Assembly: GCA_963760795.1 (NCBI GenBank)
Contig: CAVXEP010000019.1
Location: 96,001-160,000 of the forward strand
Direction: 5' to 3'
Length of the DNA stretch: 64,000 bases
Source: an uncultured delta proteobacterium
GTDB lineage: Bacteria; Desulfobacterota; Binatia; UBA9968
Shown here: positions 10,647 to 21,729 of the stretch, piece after piece
Numbering within the stretch: position 1 is the stretch's first letter
Layout: every line of letters starts with the position of its first letter
The notes under the pieces: generated by a model
What the model was told of the DNA's origin: nothing
Seen by the model: the letters and a program-made list of their open reading frames with translations, nothing else
Databases searched by the model: none
Made by a program: the position numbers and the translations under genes

Positions 10647-11166
10647 TCAGAGCGCATCCGGCGCCGGCATGATTTCGCCACACTGCTTGCAGGTTCTGAA
10701 CTCCACACTCTCAAAGAATCGCTGGTAGGCTTTCGACACCGGGTCTTCGGCGTAGTCGTGTACGACGAAACTCTCTTCGTGCAGCAAGTTGTCGCATTTC
10801 TGGCAGTACCAGTGAAATCGATCGATCTCTCCGGCTCGTCTCTTTCTTTCTGAGATCAACGCGAAGGCGTCGGGCGGGAAGCGCGGCGAGTGCGGCGTGC
10901 CGGCGGGGGTGTAGATCATCGCGCCTTCGGCGATCACGGCGACTTCTTCTGTTCCTTCCGGGGTGCGGTAGTGCAAGCGCATCTCGCCTTTGATCATGTA
11001 CATGGTTTCGTCGCTCGGGTTGATGTGAAACTCGCTGCGGTATTCGCGGCCGCGGGCGATGAAGGCTAGGTTGTCGTCATGTTGCCATAGGACTCGAACG
11101 CGGCGTCCCGACTCCCGTAGTTTCTCGCCTTCCGCCGAGAAGCTTGACGATGGGCATGGGTAGCAT
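10647..11166 (-). CDS. nbaC: 3-hydroxyanthranilate 3,4-dioxygenase (5' end frameshifted)
   Basis: R-SEFHINPSDE, PHSP iron ligands and rubredoxin-like WYCQKC/CKQC; reading extends upstream of the listed ORF. Confidence 0.82.
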
Positions 11167-11181
11167 CGGCGTGGCTCCTTT

Positions 11182-11217
11182 GTTCAAAGGTTCAAGGTTC
11201 AAAAGTTCAATGTTCGG
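11182..11217 (+). repeat. GTTCAA tandem array
   Basis: GTTCAA at 11182, 11190, 11197, 11205. Confidence 0.75.
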
Positions 11218-11428
11218 ATTGGAAGAGCTAATCATGATAGGCACGAAATTCCCATAATGGGTACGCGGTGCTATCGGCGCGATCTCCTTAAGCTGCCTCG
11301 GAGGTACAAACTCTATGATCGATGCCAGGACGATTCAACCGATACGCCATCGGTGCGCGAGACGTTTTGCGTTGTCGAAACATTTCAATTAACAATGGAG
11401 TTGTCGCTTCTGAGATTTGTCTACGGTC

Positions 11429-12658
11429 ATGCCTAAGCTGTCATCTTTGAGAACTCTCCGCTCGCTCCGTCATCGAAATTTCCGACTATTGATGGAAGGC
11501 GCGCTGGTGTCGAGCTCGGGCGATTTCATGCAGAACATCGCGCAGAGCTGGTTGGTGTGGCATCTGTCCCAATCGCCGGTCGCCATCGGCGTCATCGCGG
11601 TATTCGACACGGTGCCGCGGCTTTTGATCGGTGCTGTGGGTGGCGCCATTGCCGACCGGTTCGACCGACGGCGCGTGTTGATGATCACGCAAAGCTTGGC
11701 GATGTTGCAGGCATTCGCCTATTGGTTGTTAGTGGAGTTTGAAGGGATCGAGCTCTGGCATATCGCGCTTTTGTCTTTCTTTCTCGGCGTCGTTAACACG
11801 ATCAATCAGACGGCACGCCAATCCCTGGTCAATAGTTTGGTGCCCAGGGAGGAATTGCTCAACGCCATCGGCCTGCAATCCTCGGTGTTCAACTTTTCGA
11901 AAATCATGGGGCCGTCGGTGGGCGGTTTGATCATCGCCTACATTGGCATCGCCGGCTGTTTTCTCATAAACGCGCTCAGCTTTGTCTATTTGATTTTCAA
12001 TCTCTATCAGATGGAGCTGCCGCCATGGGAAGCGCGGCACCACAAACAGGGACTATTGGGCGATATCAAGGAAGGGTTTTTCTATCTACGTGACAACCGC
12101 CGCATGCTCGGTATAGTCGGAATTTCCTACGTCATGGCCTTGTTTGGCGCGCCGTACAATCGTTTCGTGCCGATATTCGCGACCAATGTGCTGCATGTTG
12201 GCGCGGCGGGGTTCGGCATGCTGATGTCCGCGCCGGGAATCGGCGCTATGGTGGCGTCCTTGTCTCTCGCGACCGTGAATAAGCTGCGCGTCGGCACGCG
12301 CTCGATCTGTTTTTGCGTGCTCGGATTCGCGCTGTCTCTGGCGCTGTTCGCTTTCTCCTATTCCTTCATTTTGTCGATCCTGTTTCTTGCCATGATCGGT
12401 TTTTGCCAGGTCGGCGAGCGCGCATTGACCAATACGGTCATTCAAACCGGAACGCCGCAGGAGTTATTAGGGCGAGTCTTGAGCTTGTTCTTCATGGACC
12501 GCGGCTTGTGGTCTCTTGGCGGTTTGCTTATGGGCGCCTCGGCGTCGGCCATCGGCATCGACTGGACCTTCGCGGTTTGCGGCGTTGTTTGCACCATCGC
12601 CGCGACCGCTTTGTTGATCTTCAGTCGCAGGCAGCGCGCCGCAGCTCTTCAACATTAA
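11429..12658 (+). CDS. MFS transporter (MFS_3/DHA3-like)
   Basis: SLRHRNFR start, GAIADRFDRRR motif A, about 12 hydrophobic segments. Confidence 0.9.
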   Translation: MPKLSSLRTLRSLRHRNFRLLMEGALVSSSGDFMQNIAQSWLVWHLSQSPVAIGVIAVFDTVPRLLIGAVGGAIADRFDRRRVLMITQSLAMLQAFAYWLLVEFEGIELWHIALLSFFLGVVNTINQTARQSLVNSLVPREELLNAIGLQSSVFNFSKIMGPSVGGLIIAYIGIAGCFLINALSFVYLIFNLYQMELPPWEARHHKQGLLGDIKEGFFYLRDNRRMLGIVGISYVMALFGAPYNRFVPIFATNVLHVGAAGFGMLMSAPGIGAMVASLSLATVNKLRVGTRSICFCVLGFALSLALFAFSYSFILSILFLAMIGFCQVGERALTNTVIQTGTPQELLGRVLSLFFMDRGLWSLGGLLMGASASAIGIDWTFAVCGVVCTIAATALLIFSRRQRAAALQH

Positions 12659-12826
12659 ATTAAGCCGCCGCGGCGCTCAGGTCGGATAGTTTCTGGGAAA
12701 AGAAATAACCGCATTCGAATTTCCGTTAGCCGAGATTGTTTAGCCCTGGAACTTTCAATTCTTCGCCAAAGTTTGCGCCCTTAGTAACCGGTCAAGCGGC
12801 AACGCGGTGGTTGCTGGCAGATCGAA

Positions 12827-14068
12827 CTATTCCGGCAAGGCTTGGCCCTTGGTTTCGCGCGCCCAGATTAGGATGATCAAGCCGACGAAATAGATCGACC
12901 CGATGGTGGCGATGGCGGGGGCGAAGGCGCCATGAGCCGAGGTGAGCATGCCGGCGAGGAGCGGGCCGGCGGCGGAGAAAAAGCGCGCGAAGTTAAAGCA
13001 AAAGCCCTGGGCGGTGGCGCGGATGTTGGTGGGGAACAGCTCGGGAAAGTAGATGGCAAAGCCGCTGGTGACGCCGGCGGCGAAAAATCCCATGACCGGC
13101 GAGGCCATGACCGCGTGGCTGAATTCCTTGGCGAATAGAAATGTCGATGGCACTGAGCAGAGGGCGCCGAGAAAATAAATCCACAGCGCGTTGCGCCGGC
13201 CCCAGCGGTCGGCGATCATCGGCATGCACAGACAGCCGGCGATGCCGCCGACGGTCAGCGTCGCGGTGATCAAACTGACCTGCGGAATCACCGCGCGGGT
13301 GCCCTGGGCGTGCAGCATGGCGGCGATCCAACTCGGCACCCATTGAATGGCGCCCTGGTAGCCGAAGGTCGCTACCACCGCCAAGCCGATGCCGACCAAC
13401 AGGTCGCGGCGTACTGGGCGCATGAAAAGCTGTGAAAACGGATTGCCGGTCTGTTTGGCCCGGGTCCAACGCTCAGGCTCTTCCAGGGAGTGGCGAATAT
13501 AAAACGCCACGATGGCGGGCAATATGCCGAGAGCGAAAACCCAGCGCCAACCATAGGGACCGACGAACAAGTAGAGCCCGATGGCGAGAAAAAAGCCGAT
13601 GCCGCCCGAGGCTTGCATGATGCCAGCGGCTTTGGCGCGGGATTTAGCCGGCCAGGTCTCGGCGATCAGCGCTGCGCCGGCGGCCCATTCGCCGCCGATG
13701 CCCAGGCCGGTGAGGAATCGGTAAAAAGCCAGTTCTTGCCAACTGCCGGCGATGCTGCACAGGCCAGTGAATGTCGCGTAAACCAAGATCGTAATCGCCA
13801 TGGTTTTGGCGCGCCCGTAGCGGTCAGCGATGGGACCGAAGATCAGACCGCCCAAGGCCCAACCGATCATGAAGATCGCCAGGACGATGCCGCCGTACCA
13901 GCCGATAGCCGCCGGCTCGCTGGTGCCGAGCAAATCGCTCATGGCGGGAAACAGGATGATGGCGTAGAGATAGCCATCCATGATGTCGAGAGCCCAGCCG
14001 AGACAGGTGCAGTAGAGCACGCGCCATTGGTAGGGGGTGATATCGTGGTACCACTTGGGTTCACCCAT
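12827..14068 (-). CDS. MFS transporter
   Basis: GPIADRYGR, GLGIGGEW, ELFPTNIRATAQG. Confidence 0.9.
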   Translation of the reverse strand: MGEPKWYHDITPYQWRVLYCTCLGWALDIMDGYLYAIILFPAMSDLLGTSEPAAIGWYGGIVLAIFMIGWALGGLIFGPIADRYGRAKTMAITILVYATFTGLCSIAGSWQELAFYRFLTGLGIGGEWAAGAALIAETWPAKSRAKAAGIMQASGGIGFFLAIGLYLFVGPYGWRWVFALGILPAIVAFYIRHSLEEPERWTRAKQTGNPFSQLFMRPVRRDLLVGIGLAVVATFGYQGAIQWVPSWIAAMLHAQGTRAVIPQVSLITATLTVGGIAGCLCMPMIADRWGRRNALWIYFLGALCSVPSTFLFAKEFSHAVMASPVMGFFAAGVTSGFAIYFPELFPTNIRATAQGFCFNFARFFSAAGPLLAGMLTSAHGAFAPAIATIGSIYFVGLIILIWARETKGQALPE

Positions 14069-14246
14069 GGTTTGCTCAAGTGCCACAAAGGAGCGAGAAA
14101 GGCAACGGAAAAGGTGGCGGGATGGTGGTTCTAGGGCAGGCATTGTGGCCGCGGATTTATTAAAAATAGATCATTGACTCGATTTCACCGCATGGTTAGA
14201 CTCCCTACACAGAGAAGGAATTCCTAGATCAGGAGGAAAAGTGTTT

Positions 14247-15239
14247 ATGTCGACTACAAAGTATAAATTGTTTGCCACGGCCGTGGGGCTTTTCGCGGTC
14301 TTCGCACTAACGCAAATAGCATTAGAAAGCTTAGCCGATGCCCGCGCCGGCGGCGGCCGCTCCGGCGGCTTTCGCGGTTCGCGCAGCTCACAGGCGCCGA
14401 GCCGTGCGGCGAACCCGACGTCGCCACAAAGACAGGATGCCATGCCGGCACAACAGGCGCGCCAACCGGCTTCGATGATGCCGCAGTCCGGCGGTTTCAT
14501 GCGCGGTCTGGGCACCGCGGTGCTCGGCGGCTTTTTAGGTTCCATGCTGTTTTCGGGCTTAGCCGGCGCCGGCGGCTTCGGTGGTATGGGTGGCGGTATG
14601 GGCGGCAGTGGATTCGGAATGATAGAAATTCTTTTGTTCGGCGGTTTGGCGTATTTTCTTTACCGGAAATACAAAGCGTCGAGAACTCCGGCGCTGGCGA
14701 CGGGCGGCGGCTCGATGCAGTATCAAGACACCTCCTACCAGGCGCCGACACCGGGTTATGCCAATAATCCGCCGGTGCAGGAGCAGTTGCCGTTCAATGG
14801 CACCGACTATCGCTCGCTGACCATGATGGATCCGAGCTTCGACGCCAATACTTTTCTGAAAACTGCTCAGGATAATTTTTTCAAGATTCAGGGCGCATGG
14901 AACAAGCAGGATGTCACGGCGCTACGCGTGCTCTGCGGCGGCGAGCTAATGAAAACTTGGGAAGCCGAGATAGCGCAGCTCAAACAACGCGGCCAGAAGA
15001 ACCGCATGGACAACATCGCTTTGCGCGAGAGCGAGATCACCGAAGTCTGGACTGAGAACGGCGAGGACTTCATCACCGTGCGCTTGCACGCCAACCTGCT
15101 CGACTTCACAGTCGACGAGAAGAGCGGCAATGTGGTCGTCGGCAGCGACAGCGAACCGGTGCAGTTCGAGGAGTTTTGGACATACAGCCGCCCGGTTGGA
15201 CCGAACGCGTGGAAGCTGACGGCGGTGCAGCAGGCGTAA
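14247..15239 (+). CDS. Tim44-like domain membrane protein
   Basis: Signal peptide, ARAGGGRSGG, glycine-rich TM region, C-terminal DPSFD...FEEFWTY...WKL. Confidence 0.85.
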   Translation: MSTTKYKLFATAVGLFAVFALTQIALESLADARAGGGRSGGFRGSRSSQAPSRAANPTSPQRQDAMPAQQARQPASMMPQSGGFMRGLGTAVLGGFLGSMLFSGLAGAGGFGGMGGGMGGSGFGMIEILLFGGLAYFLYRKYKASRTPALATGGGSMQYQDTSYQAPTPGYANNPPVQEQLPFNGTDYRSLTMMDPSFDANTFLKTAQDNFFKIQGAWNKQDVTALRVLCGGELMKTWEAEIAQLKQRGQKNRMDNIALRESEITEVWTENGEDFITVRLHANLLDFTVDEKSGNVVVGSDSEPVQFEEFWTYSRPVGPNAWKLTAVQQA

Positions 15240-15261
15240 TTCAGTAAGACGTTTACGAGTT

Positions 15262-15302
15262 AAACCGGCAGTGCATGGGTTCATGCACTGCCGGTTTTTT
15301 TT
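15262..15302 (+). terminator. Intrinsic terminator
   Basis: aaaccggcagtgcatg-ggtt-catgcactgccggttt followed by a T run. Confidence 0.88.
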
Positions 15303-15337
15303 GATCTGATTGGTTGTCTGGTCTTGTGGACGGTACT

Positions 15338-15438
15338 TCCCCCTTTGAAAAAGGGGGACTGAGGGGGATTTGAGGTTTTTGCGCGCGAGAAAGTCCGCTG
15401 AAGAAAATCCCCCCTTCCCCCCTTTTCCAAAGGGGGGA
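15338..15438. repeat. Inverted pair of CCCCTTT..AAAGGGG palindromic repeats
   Basis: ccccctttgaaaaagggggactgagggggatt ... aatccccccttccccccttttccaaagggggga. Confidence 0.75.
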
Positions 15439-15496
15439 GCATCCGAACCAATACTCGGATTTGTTCAACGCATATCTGGGTTGCGACAATACCGAC

Positions 15497-15883
15497 CTAC
15501 GCGACGATCGGTTCTTTGATCGGCGTGTGGCTGGGAATCTTCGGCACGCGGGTGCGCGGCTTGCCGTCGACATGGCTATTGCCGGCGCCCAGGAGAATCA
15601 TCCGGCCTGTGCCGGTATTGCACAGTTGATAGGACTCGCCGGATTGCAGCAACACGGTGTCGAACTGCTTCAAGACAAAGGCTTTGTGCGGCGTGCGCAC
15701 GGTGCACTCACCTTCGACGCACATGAAAATGTGATCGTCGTTGTCGTGATAGTGCATGTCGTCTTGCAGGCCGGCCTCGCAGTTGATCACCCAGTAATAC
15801 GCCAAGTCCGTGCGCCAGAGACTCAAATGGCCAACGCCAGGGTGGGAATCGGCTTCCTTCACCAAATTTTTCATTTCAACCAT
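15497..15883 (-). CDS. Cupin-domain protein
   Basis: MHYHDNDDHIFMCVEG cupin motif 1; AGGAGG RBS before MVEMKN. Confidence 0.8.
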   Translation of the reverse strand: MVEMKNLVKEADSHPGVGHLSLWRTDLAYYWVINCEAGLQDDMHYHDNDDHIFMCVEGECTVRTPHKAFVLKQFDTVLLQSGESYQLCNTGTGRMILLGAGNSHVDGKPRTRVPKIPSHTPIKEPIVA

Positions 15884-15905
15884 AAATAACCTCCTAATTA
15901 GTTGG

Positions 15906-15977
15906 GGTTCAAAACGTTCCAATCGATCAAGCGTTCAAATTGTAGGGGCGACCGGCCGGTCGCCCTTACGGGTTCAA
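15906..15977 (+). repeat. GTTCAA units plus GTAG REP hairpin
   Basis: gtaggggcgaccggccggtcgcccttac at 15942-15969 with GTTCAA-like units on both sides. Confidence 0.8.
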
Positions 15978-15994
15978 TCGGTCGCATGCTTCTA

Positions 15995-16267
15995 TTATCC
16001 GTGCGCTCTGGGTGGGCGCTCTTTGGGTTTGACCAAGCGGCCGTGGGTGCCATCGCAGTAGGGATGGTCTTTGGATCTCCAGCAGCGGCAGATGGCGATG
16101 GTTTCCGGGCTGGCGAATTCCAATACTGCCGGTTGCATGTTGGTCCCTTCGTGGGAGCCGTCGCAGAAGGGCAGGTTTTTGCTGCGGGTGCAGCGGCAGT
16201 AGGCGACGCTTCTCGATTCTTGTTTGACGATCGTCGGTTCGATCAGATCTTCATAGGATAGCGGCAT
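15995..16267 (-). CDS. CDGSH iron-sulfur protein with two domains (MiNT-like)
   Basis: CRCTRSKNLPFCDGSH and CRCWRSKDHPYCDGTH. Confidence 0.92.
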   Translation of the reverse strand: MPLSYEDLIEPTIVKQESRSVAYCRCTRSKNLPFCDGSHEGTNMQPAVLEFASPETIAICRCWRSKDHPYCDGTHGRLVKPKERPPRAHG

Positions 16268-16292
16268 CTTTCCTCCTTACAAAACGATAACA

Positions 16293-16392
16293 CGTTCAAA
16301 TCGTTCAAGCCGTTCAATTCGTTCAAACCGTTTCAGAGGTTTAAGGATTCAAACGTTCAAATTGTAGGGGCGACCGGCCCGGTCGCCCTTAC
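16293..16392 (+). repeat. CGTTCAA 9-mer array plus GTAG REP hairpin
   Basis: CGTTCAA at 16293, 16302, 16311, 16320; gtaggggcgaccggcccggtcgcccttac at 16364-16392. Confidence 0.8.
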
Positions 16393-17319
16393 CCGCGTGC
16401 CAATAGCCTCATGGCGTTACGGCTAAAGATATCTGCCCGCTCATCATCGGTCAATGGGAAGTCTTCGATGATCTGTTTGGCGCGCGGCAGGAGCGGCAGG
16501 AGTGGCGGGGCGTCACTGCCGAAGAGTAATTTCTTGGCGCCGACGGTTTGATAGGCGCAGGCGAGGGCCGGCGGATGGTAACAAACCGTGTCCATGTGGA
16601 TCTCGCGCAGATATTCACTGGGTTTCTTGGTGATCAGCATGGGTTCGTAGGGTCCGAGGCCCGAGGCTCGGTCGCCGAGCTCGTAGGCGTAGTCCATGCG
16701 GCCGATGACGTCGCAGATGCCGCCGCCAAGGTGGCAGCCGACGAATTTTAAGTTGGGGTTGCGTTCGAAGACGCCGCGGACGATCAACCGGGCGATGCTC
16801 AGACACTCGTCGAAGGGCCGGCCGACGCTGGAGGCCAGCCGGTAGTCCAGCATGCGCTCTTCGCCGAAGCCCACCGACGGCGCGTGCATCATCATCGGGA
16901 ATGGCGAGACTCGAGACCAACTCGAAAAAGGGCTTGGCTTCATCGTCGTCGGGGTAGGCGCGTTGATGGCTGGAATTGATCAGCACGCCGTGCAGGCCGT
17001 ACTCGGTGACGGCGCGCTCCAGTTCTTTGTTGAACGGCGCGCCGCCGCAGGGCAGCGTGCTGGTGAAGACGATAATGCGGTCTTTATATTTTTGCTGGAT
17101 CTCCGCGCCGTATTCGTTCCAGCGGCGCAGGAAGGCGAGAGACTCGTCGGCGTTTTTGTCTTTCAGATAATGGATCGTGTTGCTGACGACGCAGCGCTCG
17201 ATGCCGGCCTTTTCATGGGCTTCGAGCAGGTTTTCAATGGTCAGCGGCGACGCGCCGCCCCAACGCCGCTCTTTGGCCAACTCGGGCGGATAAACATGGG
17301 CGTGCCAGTCGATAATCAT
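16389..17319 (-). CDS. Amidohydrolase-2 family protein (ACMSD-like), frameshift near 16895
   Basis: IIDWHAH, HLGG, MDT, FGSDAP across two frames. Confidence 0.85.
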
Positions 17320-17496
17320 GTTCGCTCCTTTTCAATCACCTTAACGTCGTTGGTTCTTACGTCCGACAGTATCGCCCTCGTGAAGCTGCGTCGCAATAGC
17401 GTTGATGGTTTCCGTCGACACGCTCAGGGCAGACGCTGAACGAATTGAAGGATTCCGTATTCAATCCGAGTCGCCTTACCCTTCACCCTTTACGCC

Positions 17497-18497
17497 TTAC
17501 CGTATGATTTTACTCGCTCGCGCCAACACCTCCGGTACAATCGTCACGCCGATCTGTTTGGCGGTTTTCAAATTGATCACCAGTTCAAACTTCATCGGCT
17601 GCTCCACCGGCAGATCGGCGGGCTTGGCTCCCTTCAAGATTCTATCCACGAAATATGCGACGCGCCGGTAGCTGTCCACTTGGTCCGCTCCGTAGGACAT
17701 GAGCCCACCGGCATCTACAAATTCACTGGTGCCGTACACCGACGGTAACCGGCTCTTTAACGCAAAGCCGATGGTGCGTTTTCGGTTGATATTCATTAGC
17801 GGGCCCCCGCCGATCACGTAAAGTCCATCCGGGCCCTGTTTACTTAGCGCAGTGAATACCCTCTCGAAACCGTCTGCAGCTCGTACCTCCCAAGGCTGAA
17901 GAGTCAACTTCAGCGCGCGCGCCGCGCCTGGGAGAACCTCTTTCACCTCGTGTACACTGGGCGAAATGGCCGGATCGTAGAGCACCGCGACACGGACAAG
18001 TTTGGGAACGGCTTCTTTGAGCAGCTCCAGCCGCTTCCCGCTTAGTTCTCCGGTAAGGTTTGTAATGCCGGTGACGTTGCCGCCGGGACGGGCTAGGCTG
18101 TCAATGAGGCCTGGCTCGACAGGATCGGCCCCAGCGCCCGTCATAACGATGGGAATCGTCTTGTCGCATTCTTGGCTGCCCGGACCGTCCGGGGTCCCTC
18201 CTGCTACCACGATGATATCAACCTTGAGACGCACCAACTCGGCCGCAAGCTCAGGGAGCCGATCGAGCTTCCGCTCCGCATATCGGTACTCGGTGGCGAT
18301 GTTCTGTCCTTCTATGTAGCCAAGCTCGCGCAGAGCCAGTCGAATTCTCTCGGAACGGGACGGACTCACTGGCTGGATCGCGCGATGATAAATACCCTAG
18401 CACGCGGGACTTTCTTCGGCTGCTGTCCTTGAGCGATCACTCCACCAGCAAGCAGCATGGCAACGACCAGGGTTGATTTGAAAGAAACTATCCTCAT
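17497..18497 (-). CDS. ABC_sub_bind (PF04392-type) substrate-binding protein, copy A (frameshifted)
   Basis: Signal peptide, QQPKKVPR, LAAELVRLKVD, SLARPGGNVTG, GGLMSYG, KPADLPVEQPMKFELVINLKTA. Confidence 0.9.
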
Positions 18498-18697
18498 TGC
18501 GCACCTCGAGATGGAAGCTATCACGCATGCGGCAGTTGCGAAAAGTGTTATTTGCGTCAGATACGGAACCAGGTCCGTCACTTTCTCCGTATGGTATCCG
18601 GCGCTTGGTCACACGGTGCCGGCATAGGCACCATCGGAAGAGGCGCGCCGAAGCCCCAGCCAACGGATTGCCCGCCGCCAATTTCCCAGCATCTTGC

Positions 18698-18865
18698 TCA
18701 GGCTTTTGCGCCCAGCTCAGCGGGATATGGTTTGAGCAGACTGAGCGCGTCGCTGAAGATCGTCCTATTAATCCATGCAACGGCGTCGATCGTTAAGCAT
18801 CACCGGCATGCGGTTGTGAATGGGCAGAAGCTCTGCGTTAGGTTCGATGATGAGTATGATGAATC
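18698..18865 (-). pseudogene. C-terminal remnant of an SOS response-associated peptidase (SRAP/YedK)
   Basis: Minus-strand FIILIIEPNAELLPIHNRMPVML, then shifted AWIN...LSLLKPYPAEL; matches the SRAP IHxRMP motif; N-terminal part not recognisable. Confidence 0.7.
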
Positions 18866-19335
18866 CGATGGAGAATTCAGTTCAATCCTACGCTGCGAAA
18901 AAGCAAAAAACGGCGGACCGATTTAGAGCCGGCGCTGTGGTGTGAGGTAGGCTTTATTTGACCGTGCGACTCGGCTTTATGGACAAACCCACAAGAGCGA
19001 TTTCACACAATCGATTTGCCAGGATGGATCGTGAAAAAGTGATTGCACCTTGTTATTGAGGGCATCGACAGTCCTGGGTTCAACTCCCAGGATAACGGCA
19101 GCGTGAGTCTTGTGTCCTAAAAATGATCACAGGCGCACAGGCTAAAAGACCACAGCAGAATCATCGATTTCCCACTAGTCCTTTCCTGGGTACTCCGGAT
19201 ATATACAGGACCTCAAATCTTCGCGCTCTATGCAAGGAGTCCTGCCGGTGCATGCAAGAGTGACGAAACCTAACGAGGGGTCTAACCGTTATCGAAGGTG
19301 TTGAAGGGCATGAACAAAGCTAGAGGGCTGGCTCA

Positions 19336-19698
19336 ATGAGCCGGGGCAACGGTAATGGGTTTTTTGGAGAAGACGTAGTAGCTACTGCGCTTCGCTTGAT
19401 GTGTGATCACGGACTCGATGGTCACACGATTCAGCTTGTTGTGTATTTGGATGCCGAAAAATTCCATGTCAGTGAGTTCCGGTGCGCTGCTTGTGCCAAC
19501 CGACTTCCGTTCCTACTAGTTAATAGTGCCAGGCAATCTGTTGAACTGCGGGATTTACTGCTCGCTCTAGGGTTAAACGTCAACGTGATCCGTGAAAAGC
19601 TGCAACATCGTAATACCAACCAGAAAGTCGGCGAATGGTTGGGAAACCACAGGATTTTAGAATACCCATCCAGCCGAAGCACAAGCCCTCGAAGCTAA
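19336..19698 (+). CDS. Hypothetical protein
   Basis: 120-aa ORF in the lower-GC islet with CAAC; no family recognised. Confidence 0.4.
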   Translation: MSRGNGNGFFGEDVVATALRLMCDHGLDGHTIQLVVYLDAEKFHVSEFRCAACANRLPFLLVNSARQSVELRDLLLALGLNVNVIREKLQHRNTNQKVGEWLGNHRILEYPSSRSTSPRS

Positions 19699-20109
19699 GT
19701 TCAACGCGCTATTTGCAAAGGCTACAATATCGACTGATGATCGCTCAGTCGTACTGAACAGCCCATCTCTCGTGCAACATCAATTCAATCTCATAACTTT
19801 CGGCTATCTCTTTCACTCTCCCTAAATCCAAGGGACCTGATCATGACCCAGAATTCGGCGATGATAAGCCTGCGCGAAACGAAAAGACGGCAACGCGATA
19901 GGACGAGTCGACTGATGGCGTAGTCGTGAGCTCTATAAAACCAATTTGGTATCGACCGAGACAGACTCAAGACGAAGAATCCAGAGTGCCGTTAGCTCGG
20001 AGTTGAATGGATTGAAGGCAAAATGCTGTGAACGAATCTGCATACAGTCTGTAGAGGATAACTTAGGTTATAAGGCGTCCGAGACATTGCTTTTGCTTGG
20101 CAACTTTCT

Positions 20110-20448
20110 ATGCAACTCCGAAAACATCCTGTTATGGCGTTTTGGGGTTACACCCGCTGGCCACCAATCTGGATTGAGTATCAGGGAACAAGCGAATCAA
20201 TTTTGCAAGGAGAAATTGGTGTGCTGCGGAGTGCGCTAAGTTATCCCTACAATCCTCGCAAAATATTTCTAACGATAGAGCATGAAAGGGCTGACTATAT
20301 AGGTTGCCTTCTCATGGAGTACGAATTCTTGGGTGAGTACATGGCGAGCTTGTTGAACGACTGTATCGGTATGACTATCGAATCGATTGGCAGCTTAGAA
20401 ATTCCGATCACCTTCGAGACCGATAAAAAAAGCCCAAACTGCCGTTGA
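20110..20448 (+). CDS. Hypothetical protein (MQLRKHP...WPPIW...IGSLEI)
   Basis: Protein-like composition, 112 aa; no function recognised. Confidence 0.6.
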   Translation: MQLRKHPVMAFWGYTRWPPIWIEYQGTSESILQGEIGVLRSALSYPYNPRKIFLTIEHERADYIGCLLMEYEFLGEYMASLLNDCIGMTIESIGSLEIPITFETDKKSPNCR

Positions 20449-20788
20449 GCAAAGCTCTGGCTTTAATATACTTCCAAAGACTTGCGAACGAAAAGTCCTG
20501 CCGCAAAAAGTAAGTGTTACATTTCGTATGAGCGTGGTGATACGTAATCTCACGCGCAAGCTGTGGAAATTGGTCTAGCTTCCATCTCCGTAGTGGTACT
20601 CGATCCTTATGTTCTGGCCGTCTATATAACCGAGATCGCGGAGAGCAGACCCAATAGCCGAGCGCGGATGGACTCACTCCGGCAGGCGCAAAATGATTAT
20701 CTACGGGAGAACGCGAAAACGTTATGCGATTAAGCTGTACGGCAGCCTGTTGACTCGCCCTTGGGCGCTGCGATAAGAGTCCGCGACC

Positions 20789-20995
20789 ATGTCCAAGTAT
20801 ATTGCTCGAACTTGCCCCCGGTGCCGCGACGATTTTTGGGTTGTAGTAAGCCAGACACCACGTTCGAATGGAGAGTATCCGATCTATTCATACTGTGCTG
20901 TATGCGGATATCGCTTGGACGGTTGGCGAGTGGTCGTGGGACGCAAGCGACCAGTTAACGTCTATTACGGCAGGATGCCAAGGGTCTTCCGGTGA
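20789..20995 (+). CDS. Small zinc-ribbon-like protein
   Basis: CPRC...CAVCG in 68 aa. Confidence 0.55.
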   Translation: MSKYIARTCPRCRDDFWVVVSQTPRSNGEYPIYSYCAVCGYRLDGWRVVVGRKRPVNVYYGRMPRVFR

Positions 20996-21729
20996 TGGAC
21001 CGTTACTTAGTCCGCAACTGCCCACGCTGTCGTGGGTTAATGGGTGTGGCAGTCAATGGAAAGTGCGTTAGGTGCCGTCATCGGCTGTGGGATCGAGATA
21101 TGAGCAACGAACTCAAGGGACTCGCCCGGTGATGATCGGGAGAATAAGATCAGCAATAACGAACGGCCTAGGGTCGTAATTCTAATCGTTACATTGATTG
21201 ACTACTTACGGAGTTGCTAACTCGTTTACAGACATACTTTAAGCGAACAGACAACGAATTCCGCAGCAGTTCTAGTCAAACTCTTTGGCTACTTTCGCGA
21301 ACTCATAATACTCGTCTTTTGGAACACTTAAGTACATCGCCGAGTGGTGAATTTTATCCTCCCACCCAACCATACGAGATCATGTCTTTTGCTTTTTTGG
21401 TAATCATATAAACATGGCAAGGCAAAGGGTTTTCGATTTAACGTCATCCCGGTGCTTGGGGTAGTGGATCGCCCACAAACGCGTAACTTCTTTGTCAGCC
21501 CTCTACGGGGTTTGCCGGTCGTGAGCTAGATGAGGAAGAGCATCGGTTATCTTCGATGCAATGGTCAAGGTAGGCATCGTCCCGCGATACCGCTAAGGAA
21601 GTGACTGGAAGTTAGAAAAGCCTTCCCATTCGCGAGGCATTTCAATCGACCACTTGGGCAACGCAAAAATTAAATGGTCAAAATCACAAAGCACTCACAG
21701 CAAGGCAAAATATTTTTTTTCATTTTCCT

